Below the pieces are notes generated by a model. That model worked only from the letters and a program-made list of their open reading frames with translations, had not been told where the DNA came from and did no database searches. A stretch of DNA of 64,000 bases, from assembly GCA_025603075.1 (NCBI GenBank), contig MU626268.1, forward strand, positions 1-64,000, written 5' to 3'. The position numbers were made by a program, and so were the translations under genes. The DNA is from Neoconidiobolus thromboides FSU 785 (lineage: Eukaryota; Fungi; Entomophthoromycota). Below, piece by piece: positions 24,830-37,223 of this stretch. Position 1 is the stretch's first letter; every line of letters starts with the position of its first letter.

Positions 24830-25619
24830 TATAGTAATTTGTAGTTATATTATTTTAACTCAAATCAAACAGAGATTATTACTTAAATAGATTGAATCAT
24901 CCTTTTGTTTACTTAGAAGTATTAATTTCAAGAGTCTTATTAAGATAAACTATTAATAGTAGTAAATAAACAACAAATTAAAATATTCAAACAAAACTAA
25001 CTTATAATGTAAAATAAAACCTAATGTAGTCCTACCCTTTATAAAAAAATCTATTCAATTTATTAAGATCAAGTTATCAATTAAGAATTAATTTAAAATA
25101 GAATTTTTATAAAGTTTAAAAAATAAAGCATGGATGATCTGAACACTGTTTCCAGTATTTTATAAGATTAAATTTGTTAGGTTTTTTAAATAATACTTCT
25201 TTGACTTATATAAATATGATCCCATCATTAAAATTACACTAACCTTTATTTTTATTAAATAATATTTAAGATAAATATATTCAATTTGAATATCGTATCT
25301 TTTATAATATAATTATATCATATCCTCATATATTTATCCCTTATCTGATACCTATATGACATTATAAAATTTAAGAAATAAATAACCACAGTGGAAAGTA
25401 TTATACAGTATCTACTATACCTTTAATACGATTGAAACATTTTAATAAGACAAAACTACTTTAAAAAGATATATTTCAAAGTTGTAAACATATTTAGACA
25501 TGATCCTAAAGTTACAATAAATTTCCAATTTTTATTAAAAATAGTGTTAATAAAATTAAAGAAAAAGTGGTTAAATACAATGTTTGACTGTTAAATGCAA
25601 TGTTTTTTTAAACTAAGCG

Positions 25620-26220
25620 CACTTGTCCTTAATATGGTATCTAAAATTTTACCTACAACCCTGTATTACATCATTTTGTGCTTCTTATAACACAGCTTAA
25701 TTTCCCTTTAACTCCTGTAATTTACTTTACAATAGGGCCGAGATTTGATATTTTCAATTTCTCTAATCTTTCTTAATGATTTTTGACGAAATTTATATGC
25801 TTTTATTGTTTTAAAGTTGAATGGAGCTTTTGAATTATTGATATATATCAATCGATAATTTTTCTTACTTTCCTCTTACAATACTATTCATCAATCTAAA
25901 TACACTGAAATGTCCTAATCCTCTGCTTTCTTTTGTTCCTTCTACTAATCTATTTACTCAAGCTACTTTATCTCTGAATTGGTTTATGATCTCCACTTTT
26001 GCCATGCCTTTTATAAATGTTGATTTTTCTTGACTATTTGATATAAACACATTAATTAAGAAGCTTTTGAGCTGAATTTTTAAATAGTCTATTGGATGTA
26101 GTATATCGTTTTACAATTTTATTTTGTACAATTTCATATCTGTTGTGTATTCCGTTTGTTCTAATACTTCATAATATCCAAATGATAAGTTATGTAATAG
26201 TAAACTTAATATTAAGATTA
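25620..26220 (-). pseudogene. Decayed coding sequence of unknown family
   Basis: One frame runs about 140 codons with only a few stops (...GYYEVLEQTEYTTDMKLYKIKL*NDILHPIDYLK...KGMAKVEIINQFRDKVA*VNRLVEG...). Confidence 0.35.
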
Positions 26221-26224
26221 TTTA

Positions 26225-27840
26225 TTCGTGTTAAATAGGTTGTGTTTTTATAAAAAAAATCCAAAAGTTAAATATAGGTCTGCATTACTTTCATTGTTTT
26301 TATACTCTTCTTTTTTATTTTCGATAGACCTATTAAATATAATAGTTCTTGTATTTTGATTTACTTCAAGATAAGCTTCAATAGATCTTGATTTCAGTTG
26401 AAGTAAAGAATCTATAGCTTCGTCATTCTGTAATAAATCGTAAACCCAGTAACTAGAATAGATATCATCTGGGTTTAAAGGACCATCTAATATATATTGC
26501 TTATTTGTCTCATATTATTCATCGGTTAAATTTTTGATTTATTGAGATTTTAATCTGGAATAAACTAAAGTACCTGAACCCAGACCTTTGAAATATTCTT
26601 CACATTCATCCGTTAAATAAACTTCATGTTCTTCGTTCATTTTTTTTCATACCTTTCCATGCTCTTTAATTTTGGACATAATCTCATTAATAACAAACAA
26701 ACTATTACAATTTTTGGGTTTTGATGATATACTGATTTCTGCTACTGGGCTTATATATTTATTTTAGAATATTTCATATAACAGTGCTTATATGTTGCTT
26801 CATCTGCTGTTTTGGGTACCATATAGGATATGTGATATTTTTATTACCAAAGTCACATATATTACTCATCAAAAAAGATGCGTTTATAGCTTTGGAGATT
26901 TTATCAGTTAAACTAACGTTATCTTCAACTCATTTGGGGAATTCATAGTTGTAATGAATTCCTCTTATAACACAATGTAATTTTTTAGAAATTGAACTGG
27001 ATCTTCTGAGCAATTTGTACTTCTTTATATCGCTTGTATACGCAGAATAAAGTACTAAGAGATCCTTATTAACATAAGCATAGTTTGGTACAGAGTGAGA
27101 TATTTATTAAATGATATTTATCAATTGAATCTCTAGAATATAATTTGCCTCTTGTTATTCGGTTTGACATCTAATATACTATTTTTCAACAAATCGAAAT
27201 ATACATGTCCTTTAAGTTGGTAACTGTCACCTTTATGACAAATACTGGGACATTCTTTAGTTTTGCTTACAATACATGCATCATTATAATTATAGTTAAC
27301 TTCAATAGGATCATGATATCTTAATCTATAGTCACCTGTTATATAATATTTTATTTCACTTCCCATAATTGAATTATAAATTCTTAAATTATTAGTAAAA
27401 TATCCTTTCATCATTATGTTTATTTCCGGTTAACTTTTTAATTCTTTATATGATTTATTGTAACCAGAAATAATGCATGCTCTAGCTATAGTACATTTCA
27501 TCTTTGGAAATAACTTATAAAGCTGTTTATAAATTTCTTCTTTAGCTTGTTTGAAATACCATATAGAATATATATCCTTCTTTATAAAACTTTAATCGCT
27601 ATTCATAATAAATGAAGCACATATCTCAGTTTAATCTATCATTTAAATCAGTATTGCCTTTAATCCATTTAACAAAATTACAACTCATATATATTCGTTA
27701 ATTATACAACCTATTTCATATTCTTCCAGTATGGTTTTTCAATGTTTTGTATACTCTTCAATATTCTCATTAAAAGGTGAGTCCAAGACCAAAGATTTAT
27801 CCATCTTATAATTTTAACTTCCATCTTTCAAATAAGTTAA
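26225..27840 (-). pseudogene. Pseudogene of a two-repeat hypothetical protein (FIMN/IWYP/ARAC family)
   Basis: Repeat 1: ASFIMNSD*..YSIWYFKQAKEEIYKQLYKLFPKMKCTIARACIISGYNKSYKEL. Repeat 2: NKDLLVLYSAYTSDIKKYKLLRR..HCVIRGIHY..KAINASFLMSN..YPIWYPKTADEATYK. Includes the ORF-track piece 27133-27414; multiple stops and frameshifts. Confidence 0.7.
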
Positions 27841-28575
27841 TATTTTTTAAAAAGCAAAGATGTAATAAGTAAAACGTAATAAATAGAATAGAGATGATGA
27901 GATAGTTAGTCAGATTTCGACCAATAGAAAGCTAAAACCCTAGCCGTAGTCCTTTTGTTTTTAATCCTAACCAGAGTGTATACGAATTGCTTATTAGATG
28001 AATCTCAACAAATCATCTCTGCTCTCCTTTAACTAATTCATTATTATATTTTATGGAATATAGGATCCCCACAAATATATCTCTCCTTTGAATTTTTTTG
28101 GTCCGTTTCGAAAAATATTGATCAAAAAATTTCAACCAATTTCTAATAATATTATTCAATTTTATTGGTCAAAATAAAATAAAATTGAAACTTTAGTGCA
28201 ACATTCTATAAAATTGATCCAGTTTTTTTCGAATAGCGTCTTAACCAAAAAAAGTGGCTATAATAACCTTATTCGTTGTAATTAAAAATAAAATCACTAA
28301 AAATACGCTATTTTTGTTCAATATAATTTATATTAATATTTTTTAATTTGAATATTGCAAAGTGTAAATAGAAAAATAATGTTGTCATAGATACTAAAAA
28401 TCTAATAAAAAAATACTTGAGCATTTAAAAAAGTAAAATTTAGCCAATTAATTTAGTCACATAAAAATTAAAACTTCGAAAAAAAGTCAGGGAAGAAGAT
28501 TAAGTTAAACTATAAAATACAAAAAATAGTATTCAGCTCAATTTTATTTATCCATTCCTCAACAATATTAACAAA

Positions 28576-29287
28576 ATGACTACCCCACAACTTAGTGAAA
28601 AGGACCAAAAAATATTAGAACATTTATTTAACCCTGATAATGGTTATCCAGGCGCTAACGATGGCTTTACACTTGAAGAAACTAATGAGAAGCCAGCTAA
28701 GGTAATAGAACCAGGATTATTATCTCAATTACAATCTTTAGAAAAAGAAGGCATAAAGAAAGCGGAAGAAGGTAATAATGGGTTGGCTGAAAGCGTTGAG
28801 CTATTTACTAAAGTCATTGAGATGTGCCCAGATTATGCATCTGGGTATAATAATAGGTAAGTTTTAAAATCGATAATGAGTATTGGTAATGGAATTTTAT
28901 TAAATTTTTATCTGTAATCAGAGCCCAAGCTTATAGAATGTTAAACGAAATAGAGAAGAGTGTTTCTGATTTAGACTTAGCAATTGAAAAAGGGCTTTTA
29001 ATTCAAGATAAAATTACTTTAAAACAGGTAAATTTAAATCACATATTATTAATACTTTTTCCTTTACCAAATTTATTTTTCTTTTGTGACAGGCTTACAC
29101 TCAACGTGGATTGCATTATAAAGTATTAGCAAAAACTGAAGAAGAAGAAACGGCAGCTTTAAAAGATATTGAATTAGGTGCAAAATATGGTAATGAGCTA
29201 GCTAAAAAAATAGCAGTACAAGAAAATCCCTATGCTAAAATGTGTGCTGCTATGGTAAAGGAAATGTTAACTAATGCTAAGCAATAA
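28576..29287 (+). CDS. TTC36: TPR protein, TTC36 homologue; exons 28576-28856, 28922-29027, 29093-29287
   Basis: Spliced protein gives ASGYNNRAQAYR...KQAYTQRG...ENPYAKMCAAM, characteristic of TTC36; canonical GT-AG introns. Confidence 0.88.
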
Positions 29288-29457
29288 ATTCTCTAATTTT
29301 TAAATAAAGTATATTCTAACTTAAATTAGTAATATTTCTATTCTAACACATATTTTAAAAAAAGAATAAGACATTCTATCATTTTTTCTATTTCTATTCC
29401 CTTTTTTATTTAATACATCATACAATCTCTATTTTTTTCGAAAAAAAATCAAATTGC

Positions 29458-31057
29458 TTAACGTCTGCTTTTAACTTTTGGTTTAAATGTCTCTGGGGCA
29501 TCTTTTCTTTTACTTCCTCCTCTTTTATTTCCACCGCTCTCTTTCATTTCCTAAAGAACCTTGTTAGTATTAACTTCACCTTAAAGTAAAATAGCTACTT
29601 ACCATAGCAGCCAACCTTTGGGCTTCGTTAACTCTATCCTGTAGTAAAAGTACTGCCTCTTTATCAATTGGGAATTCTTTCATTTTTTTATCAATCACAG
29701 CTTCAATCCTTTGTAACAATTCAACATCGTACTGAGTAACTAAAGTGAGAGATTTACCCGCTCTACCTGCACGTGCAGTACGACCAACTCTATGGATATA
29801 GTCTTTTGAATGAGTAGGTACATCATAATTGATAACCATGTCTACTTGAGGTATATCTAAACCTCTAGCAGCTACATCAGTAGCAATTAAAAGATTCTTA
29901 TTCCCACTTTTGAACTTGTTCAATGCACCAACACGCTTCGGCATAGACAATTGACCATGTAATGGAATAGCTGGGAAGCCTAAACTACGTAACATTAAAG
30001 CAATCTTTTGGCAATCGTTACAGGTACGTGTGAATACAATACCAGAATTTCCGGCTAATTCATTCATCAAATAAACAAGATAACTATCCTTATGTTTAAA
30101 GGGGAAAAATAAATAAAATTGTAATAAAGAATCAACAGTGGAATATTTGCTATTCACTTCTACTTTAACTGGTTTGTTTAAACTAGCTCGTTGTAATTTA
30201 GCTACTTTAGTTGTCATGGTAGCTGAAAATAAATAGGTGTTTCTTTCTTTTGGTAATACTTTTAGGATTTGTTCTATTTTGGGTCCAAAATCCATATCTA
30301 ATAATTTATCGGCTTCGTCCATTACCTAATTATTGTTATAAATAAACAACTATAATTTACTATTACTTTTAAAACTCACCAAAAATTTAATCCCTCTTAA
30401 TGAAAAACCTTTAGTATTTTCAATATGATCTTGAATACGCCCAGGGGTAGCTACAATAATATGTGGCTTTTTAGCTAATGCTAAAGACTGAGCCATCATA
30501 TCCATACCACCAACAATGACTGCTGTACGTACTCCCATGCCTGAACCTAAAGAATCAAAAGTTTCTGAAATTTGAATAGCCAACTCTCTAATTAAAAGTC
30601 ATTATTATTATTATTATTATTACACAGATATCTTCTTGTTACCTGGTAGGAGCTAGAACTAAAGCAAATAATCCGGATGGTTTTTGCCATAAGTGATGTA
30701 AAATTGGAAGTGCAAAAGCAGCAGTTTTTCCGGAACCCGTTTGAGCTAAAGCAATTAAATCTTTACCTGTATTTAAAAAGTTAATTTTATTAGTTTTATT
30801 ATATTATTTGTTTCTAATTACCCTCTAAAGCATAAGGAATTGCTTCTTTTTGAATTTGAGTTGGTGATGCAAACTTCAAATCTTTACAAGCTTGACATAA
30901 TTGCTCTAATAAACCCTAGAAAATAAGAATTACTATTTCTTGCTCCTTAACTAAATTTTAGTTCATTTATTACCAAGCTTTCAAAAGTAACAGATTCTTC
31001 CTCATCTTCTTGTTTCGTTTCGATGACCTCTTTAACTTCAATTTCTTTATCGCTCAT
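29458..31057 (-). CDS. RRP3: DEAD-box RNA helicase Rrp3/DDX47 (multi-exon)
   Basis: [66 protein letters not shown]; short introns. Confidence 0.93.
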
Positions 31058-31270
31058 TATATTATATAGTTAATTTATAAGAAGTCGAGTTTTAATTTTT
31101 TGATTTAAAATTATTAATTCTGCCAAAACCCCTAAAAAGAAGGTTAAAAGAATAACTTTTCGCTATAGCCAATCATTTCTATCTTTTTTGTGAACCAACT
31201 ATTGAAACATTATCGAAAAAAAGAAAAAACTTTAGTTTTTTAAAATTAAACAAAACCGAACACTGTAAAG

Positions 31271-33409
31271 ATGATCACTAGTTTAAAATGGGTGCCTCGT
31301 GGGGCAAATGCTAGAGTACCAAAAAGAATTGAGATGAGTGAGCAAGAAATTGAAAACTTCAAGCAATATTCAGACCGTCAGATTCAATTAGCTAAAAAAG
31401 GTTTAAATTTAGAAAAAGAAAAATGGAACGAAATGGGACTTGAAGATGAAATGCTTGGTTTAAAGTTAGATGAAGGGTAAGTTGGATGATATTGACTATA
31501 CAGTCGATCCTTTGTTTTAAAAAAATATGGTTTTAATTACTTTTTGTTAGTGATGTTATGGGAGATGGTGTTGATGATGCTGAAGACATTGAAGAAGAAG
31601 AAGAAAGCGAAGAAGAAGTCATAGTTGAACAAAAAGATAAAAATGACCTTTCAATTTATAATTTAGATAATTATGATGATGAATCAACTGGTAAACCGAT
31701 ATAAATTAATATATTTAAAACATAGATACTAACTACTAATTATAGAAGTAACTATCTTTGGTAATGTTGATGAGTTATTAAAAGATAATGAAGATGGCGA
31801 AAATATTGAGAACGTAAGATTTACAATAACAATAACTTAAAATAGCTGATTTATATATTCATTTTAGTTAGATAAATTGAATTTAGAAAAAGAAGATGAA
31901 GAAGATTTATTAATAGAATTAGACGATAGTTTATTATTAGGAGGAAAAACAGAACAAGAATTAAGTTGCTTAGAAGTTTATTTATTTGAAGAAAAAGAAA
32001 ACAATATTTATACTCATCATGATATGTTACTTCCTTCTTTTCCGCTTTCCTTAGAGTGGTTTAATTTTTGCCCTAAAGCTGCCAATGATAAAAAAGGTAG
32101 GCTATTAGTTTCACATTATATAACATTACTAATGTTATATAATATGTAATTGTGTTAAAATCATTTTTTAGGCTCTTTTGTTGCTATTGGATCTTTTGAA
32201 TCTGAAATCGAAATTTGGGATTTGGATTTTATTGATGCTGTTTATCCTCATGCCGTTTTAGGTAAAAACAAAAAGAAAGGAAAGGTAAACAATATATAAT
32301 AGTATATAATAATACTAAATACTATTAATTTTGTTAGAAAATTAACGACAATTATCACATTGATGCCGTTATGGCATTACATTGGAACAAAAATCATACG
32401 TAAATATTTAACATAACAACTAATATAATTATAATGACAAAACAATTTATTAACTCTTTTATTTAGTAATTTGTTAGCTTCTTCATCTGCGGATACAACA
32501 ATTAAAATTTGGGATTTGGCTACATGTAAAGCCATGAGATCCTTTAACATTCATCAAGATAAGGTAATAGTTTAACTATAATCCAAATTATAATTAGTTA
32601 ATATAGTATTAGGTACAAGCAGTCCAATGGCATCCAATTGAATCAACTATTTTATTAAGTGGTGGCTATGATCATCAAGTTAAAATCTTTGATTCTCGTT
32701 CACCACAATCTCATCACTCTATTAATTTACCAAATGAAATTGAAACTGTTAAATGGGATCCTTTTAATCCTAATCAATGCTACGTAAGTTTGTTTTGCTA
32801 ATACAATAGTAATAATCTATTTATTATGATTTATTTTAGATATCAACAGATAATGGAATAGTATACTCATATGATGTTAGAAATACAGCTAATTCAATCT
32901 TTACATTACATTGTCATGATAAAGCTGTTTCAGCTATGGAGTTAAATCCAGCTATTCCCAATTGTTTAGTTACAGGATCAACAGATAAATTAATTAAAAT
33001 ATGGGATCTTAAAGATAACAAACCTAATATGTTATTAAAGAGGAACTTTGAATTGGTAAGTTCTTTTTGTTAGCACAATTACTGAAAATAAGAGGAATGA
33101 GGAGATGGTGATAGTAGTATTAATCTTATTTGTTATTTAGGGTCAAGTATTTAGTCTTACATTCAATCCCGACAATCCAAATTACTTGGCCATGGCAGGA
33201 TCGAAAGGTACAGCTAAGGTATGGGATATCTCTACCAATCCTACTCTTTATAAAAGGTTTTCTCAAAATGGATATCAATTTAAAAATCCTATTGTTATGG
33301 AAGAGGTAAGTTGATCTTTTTATTTAGTTGAGTTGTGAAGTTTAATGTTTTTTAACAGAAAATGCCAATCGCTGTTAACGATGATCAAGAAAGTGATGAG
33401 GAAGATTAA
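31271..33409 (+). CDS. PWP1: Periodic tryptophan protein 1 (WD40, rRNA processing), multi-exon
   Basis: MITSLKWVPRG N-terminus, acidic region, HHDMLLPSFPLSLEW, LASSSADTTIKIWD; acidic C-terminus ending TAA at 33409. Confidence 0.92.
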
Positions 33410-33570
33410 TAGAGTTTTATGTTAATAAAATATATAGATAGAGGAATTAAGATTGTTATTATATTTACTAAGATGAAATATAATATCCATGATACTTTAG
33501 CATTTAAAAAACTCAATTGAGTAAAATTTATCAAAAGTTACTAATTAAAAATAGGTTGATTATTACTATT

Positions 33571-33696
33571 GTAGATATAAAGCTGTGAACCAGCGCGAAG
33601 ATACAAGCTATTTCCCCAATTACTAGCGATTGAGAATTTTTTTTAGTAATTGGGCGAATATTCGCGTCCTCATGCTGGTTCGCAAGCTTAATCTAC
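33571..33696. repeat. 126-bp imperfect palindrome (about 55-bp arms)
   Basis: GTAGAT..AAGCTGTGAACCAGC...CCCAATTACTA / TAGTAATTGGG...GCTGGTTCGCAAGCTT.ATCTAC. Confidence 0.8.
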
Positions 33697-35186
33697 TTTA
33701 TATGAAAATAAAGTTATGAATTTTCAACTTTTAATTTTACTGCATTTTAAAGATTGAGAGGAGTTTATGCCTTGGTTAAAAATGAATTACTGATTTTACA
33801 TGAAACAAGGTGATTTTTATGAAAAGCTAATTTTTTAACGCTTTCAAAGAAATGAATTCACTTATAAAAAAAGTGGTTTAAACTTTAATTTAAAAACATG
33901 AACTAAAAGGACCATGTTATTTTATTTATTTAGTCTCTATCGTCTACTATTCAACTATCCTTTTGTTCATCTGTTGTTAATTAAAACAAGAGCCAAACAG
34001 TTTATTTTCAAAACTGGGCAAGTTTATTTTGCAAGGATTAAAATTTAAATAGAAAAAGGTGAATTACTGAAAAACAAATTCTTTTCAAAAGAAAACCATA
34101 ACAAAAAAAATGAAAAATATTAAAGCATAAATTTAAATTTTCTCTGGAATATTTACTCCAAGTATGAGAGTAATTGCAATAATAGATTGTAACTTTGATA
34201 TCTATTTTTTTGACTCTCTATTTCCCCAACTTATCCAAATTTAAGTTTATTGAGTCATAAATGGCAAAGTAAAATAGTCTAATTTTAAATAGAATACAAT
34301 CATTATTACCGAACAAACACACCATTGTTTAGGTGTTCATTTTTATTTCAAAAAAGTGTTTAATTTTCATTTAAAAAATGAGGTCATGCCTACTACTAGT
34401 AATTAGAATAGTTTAAAACTATAATATAAAATTAAAGCAAAATGCCTATTTTTTACTTGTAAAAAAATAATGTGGTCAAACTGTAATAGCATTGGCAAGT
34501 TCCTGTAAAAAACAATATTGCAAAACCAGAACAGCCGTCTCATGCTGAGTTATTAACATTAATAAGAATTTTTTAGTAAACCCTGATATTATTTTAATAA
34601 AAACGATAATCCATTACGTTATTTTAATAATATTATTATTTCACTCAATTAAAGAAATCCCATGTCTTTTTTTAGAGGATAAAGTGTAAGTGGCATTATA
34701 GTCAATAAGTCTTCTTTTTTTCATATAAAACAAAAAAAGTTTTAGGATCATTATGACGCTATTAAAAACAATATTATAAAGTACAAAAATAAAATATCAA
34801 TTATGATTAACTATTATCATATTATCATTAGGCTATTTTATTATATACAAAAGAAATAAACTAAAAATAACCTTATTATACTATTAGCTATCAATTGAAT
34901 ATCAACCATTTGAAGTTATCGGATATATATAAATATGTTAGAAAATAAAAATAAGTCCTTATTAATGGCTGTGTGGATTAACTTAAATCGATAATCCTTT
35001 AAAAAAATTAATATGCAGCTTATTAACGAATCTCAGCTTATTTGAAACCTAGCTAAACTTTCGATCATGCTAAAAAGTCATAAAAATTCAAAAATTTAAA
35101 AGGTATATAAGGCACTAAAAAATTATCTTAAAGAATTATTAATTCAAATATTTATTATAATCTAAAAAGTAAATAAACTCATCAAA

Positions 35187-35669
35187 ATGTTTCAACCTGA
35201 ATATATTATCCAAACCAGTGCTGTATTTGTAGTATTTTTACTATGGTTGTTCACCTCCTTCGCATTAAGATTTTTCCAGTTCAATAGTACAAAGCATGAA
35301 GAAGCCGCTGCTGAGTCAAACACAGCAAACCCTGTCATTATTGAAAGAAACAATTACCGTGCTTCCGTAGCCGCCGAACGTACTTTACTTGATGGTTTCT
35401 TGTTATTAAGTATTGGTGTTATTTTCAATATCTTTGCTCAAGGTAATAGAACAAGTGGTGATGTATTTAGTCTTATCATTATGTTTGCTCTTTTCTTTAT
35501 GACTATTTTCCACTTTACTGGTCATAATTCATTTACCTTTGGTTTATGGATTTTGATCTCTTTGGCTTTATTAGGTCTCTTTATTACTCCTTTCGCCACC
35601 AGATCATATTGGTTGGGATTCTATAATGTTGCTACCCCAGTAGTCACTACTACTCCAGTAGTCGTTTAG
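35187..35669 (+). CDS. Hypothetical integral membrane protein (160 aa, about 4 TM)
   Basis: Clean ORF with higher GC than the flanks and four hydrophobic segments; TATA-like TATATAA about 80 bp upstream. Confidence 0.8.
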   Translation: MFQPEYIIQTSAVFVVFLLWLFTSFALRFFQFNSTKHEEAAAESNTANPVIIERNNYRASVAAERTLLDGFLLLSIGVIFNIFAQGNRTSGDVFSLIIMFALFFMTIFHFTGHNSFTFGLWILISLALLGLFITPFATRSYWLGFYNVATPVVTTTPVVV

Positions 35670-37223
35670 AGAGGAGATTTAGTCTAATGGATTGTAAACT
35701 AACAATTATATAGTAAATAAAATTTTATTTAAATTTAGTTTCTGTGGAGGATTGGTATATTTGTTTTTTAATAATCAAACATTTTAAAATATTTTTATAT
35801 TATATTTAACTATATTGTTTCAATAGTATACCTTATATTAATCTATTCAATAGTGTCTTTATTTAGATATTTTATTTAATGTTATGGTGTTCTATTTGAT
35901 AGTAACCTAGTTTATCTTAAAACGAGATATTAACCTCAGATGTCACTTGTCAATTTGAGCTTAAAAATTAAATCAAGTCAATTAAAATCTAGATTAAATA
36001 CTAAAAAGTTTAATACAATTACAACTATTTGAAAATCGAATAACACTTGATTGTATAAGTAATAATAGTGTACTATAATTAGTATATAGCTTAATTTAAA
36101 TAGAACTTAACATTATTGATAGAATATTATAATGATGATTCGATAATAAATTCTAAATTTAATAAATGAGTATATTAAAAATTAATGATGAAAAAGAATG
36201 AAATAAAAAAATAAAAAATACTCAAAAAGGTAAAAAATTATAACAGTTTATTATACTCTTATCAAACTATAAAAAAATTCACTAACAAAATCTGTAAATA
36301 AACTTTAGGTTATGTTTTTATCAAGAAGTATGTCATTTCTAAAAGATTAGCAGATAAACCTATAGCTCAATTGGCTTATAATATTCTGTACATTTAATTA
36401 CTAATAGCAATAAACACAATTAATAATTAACACTTTAAAATCTGATTAGCATAAACATTCACCATTTATTAATATATCAAGTTTCTTTTACAATATAGAA
36501 ATCTCATATAGTTGAAGAATTTCCATTCAACTATAACAACTTTTCGAGGAATTAACAAAGGTGGCAAAAAAACTTGAAGAATAAAATATGTCAAACTGCT
36601 AACCATCCTTGAAAATTAGCAAAAAATAAATCAAATGACAAAATAAAGGGAAAATAAAAGCCAATAGTCAATGAAAACACATTCTAGTATCTACCACTTA
36701 AATCAAGAGTTGGGGAAAGGTTGCACAAAAAGTAAATTTCATTGGCTATTATTTTCAACCAATTATTATTCTCAAAGTTTTGAAAAAGATTTTGGAAATT
36801 ATTTTTTTAATTTGAATTATTCGTTATCTTCCATTCTACAATTCTCAATTTTAAATTAAACCAATCATATTCCGTAATTTTCTAAATTTCTAACTTTTTG
36901 TATGAATTGTACCTTTTAATTTATTTTAATTACTTATTTTTAACTCGATATTATAGGCTATTAACCATATTTGTAATCCGTTAATTCTCTAAACGATGGT
37001 GTGATTGACAATCAAAATGGTGTAATCTAAGTTAGCAATTAAACAATACGGGGACCAAAGGGATACAAAAAAATAGAATGATGGAATGTGCAATTATATG
37101 AATCAAAGTAATATAAAAGGGTGGTAAAATAGCATGACAGTTTTTATTAATTCAGTTTATTTAAACTATTTATTATTTTTATTTGTTTCTTTTTTTTAAT
37201 TAAAAAAATTATATTTCTAAAAG

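Noticed and set aside
25620-27840. Stop-codon reassignment (TGA=Trp) as an explanation for the interrupted frames
   Set aside because: Some TGA do fall at likely Trp sites, but TAA/TAG stops and frameshifts also occur and intact genes use TGG; ordinary decay explains it.
36671-36859. 62-aa ORF upstream of SAM synthetase
   Set aside because: No motif; composition is like intergenic DNA.
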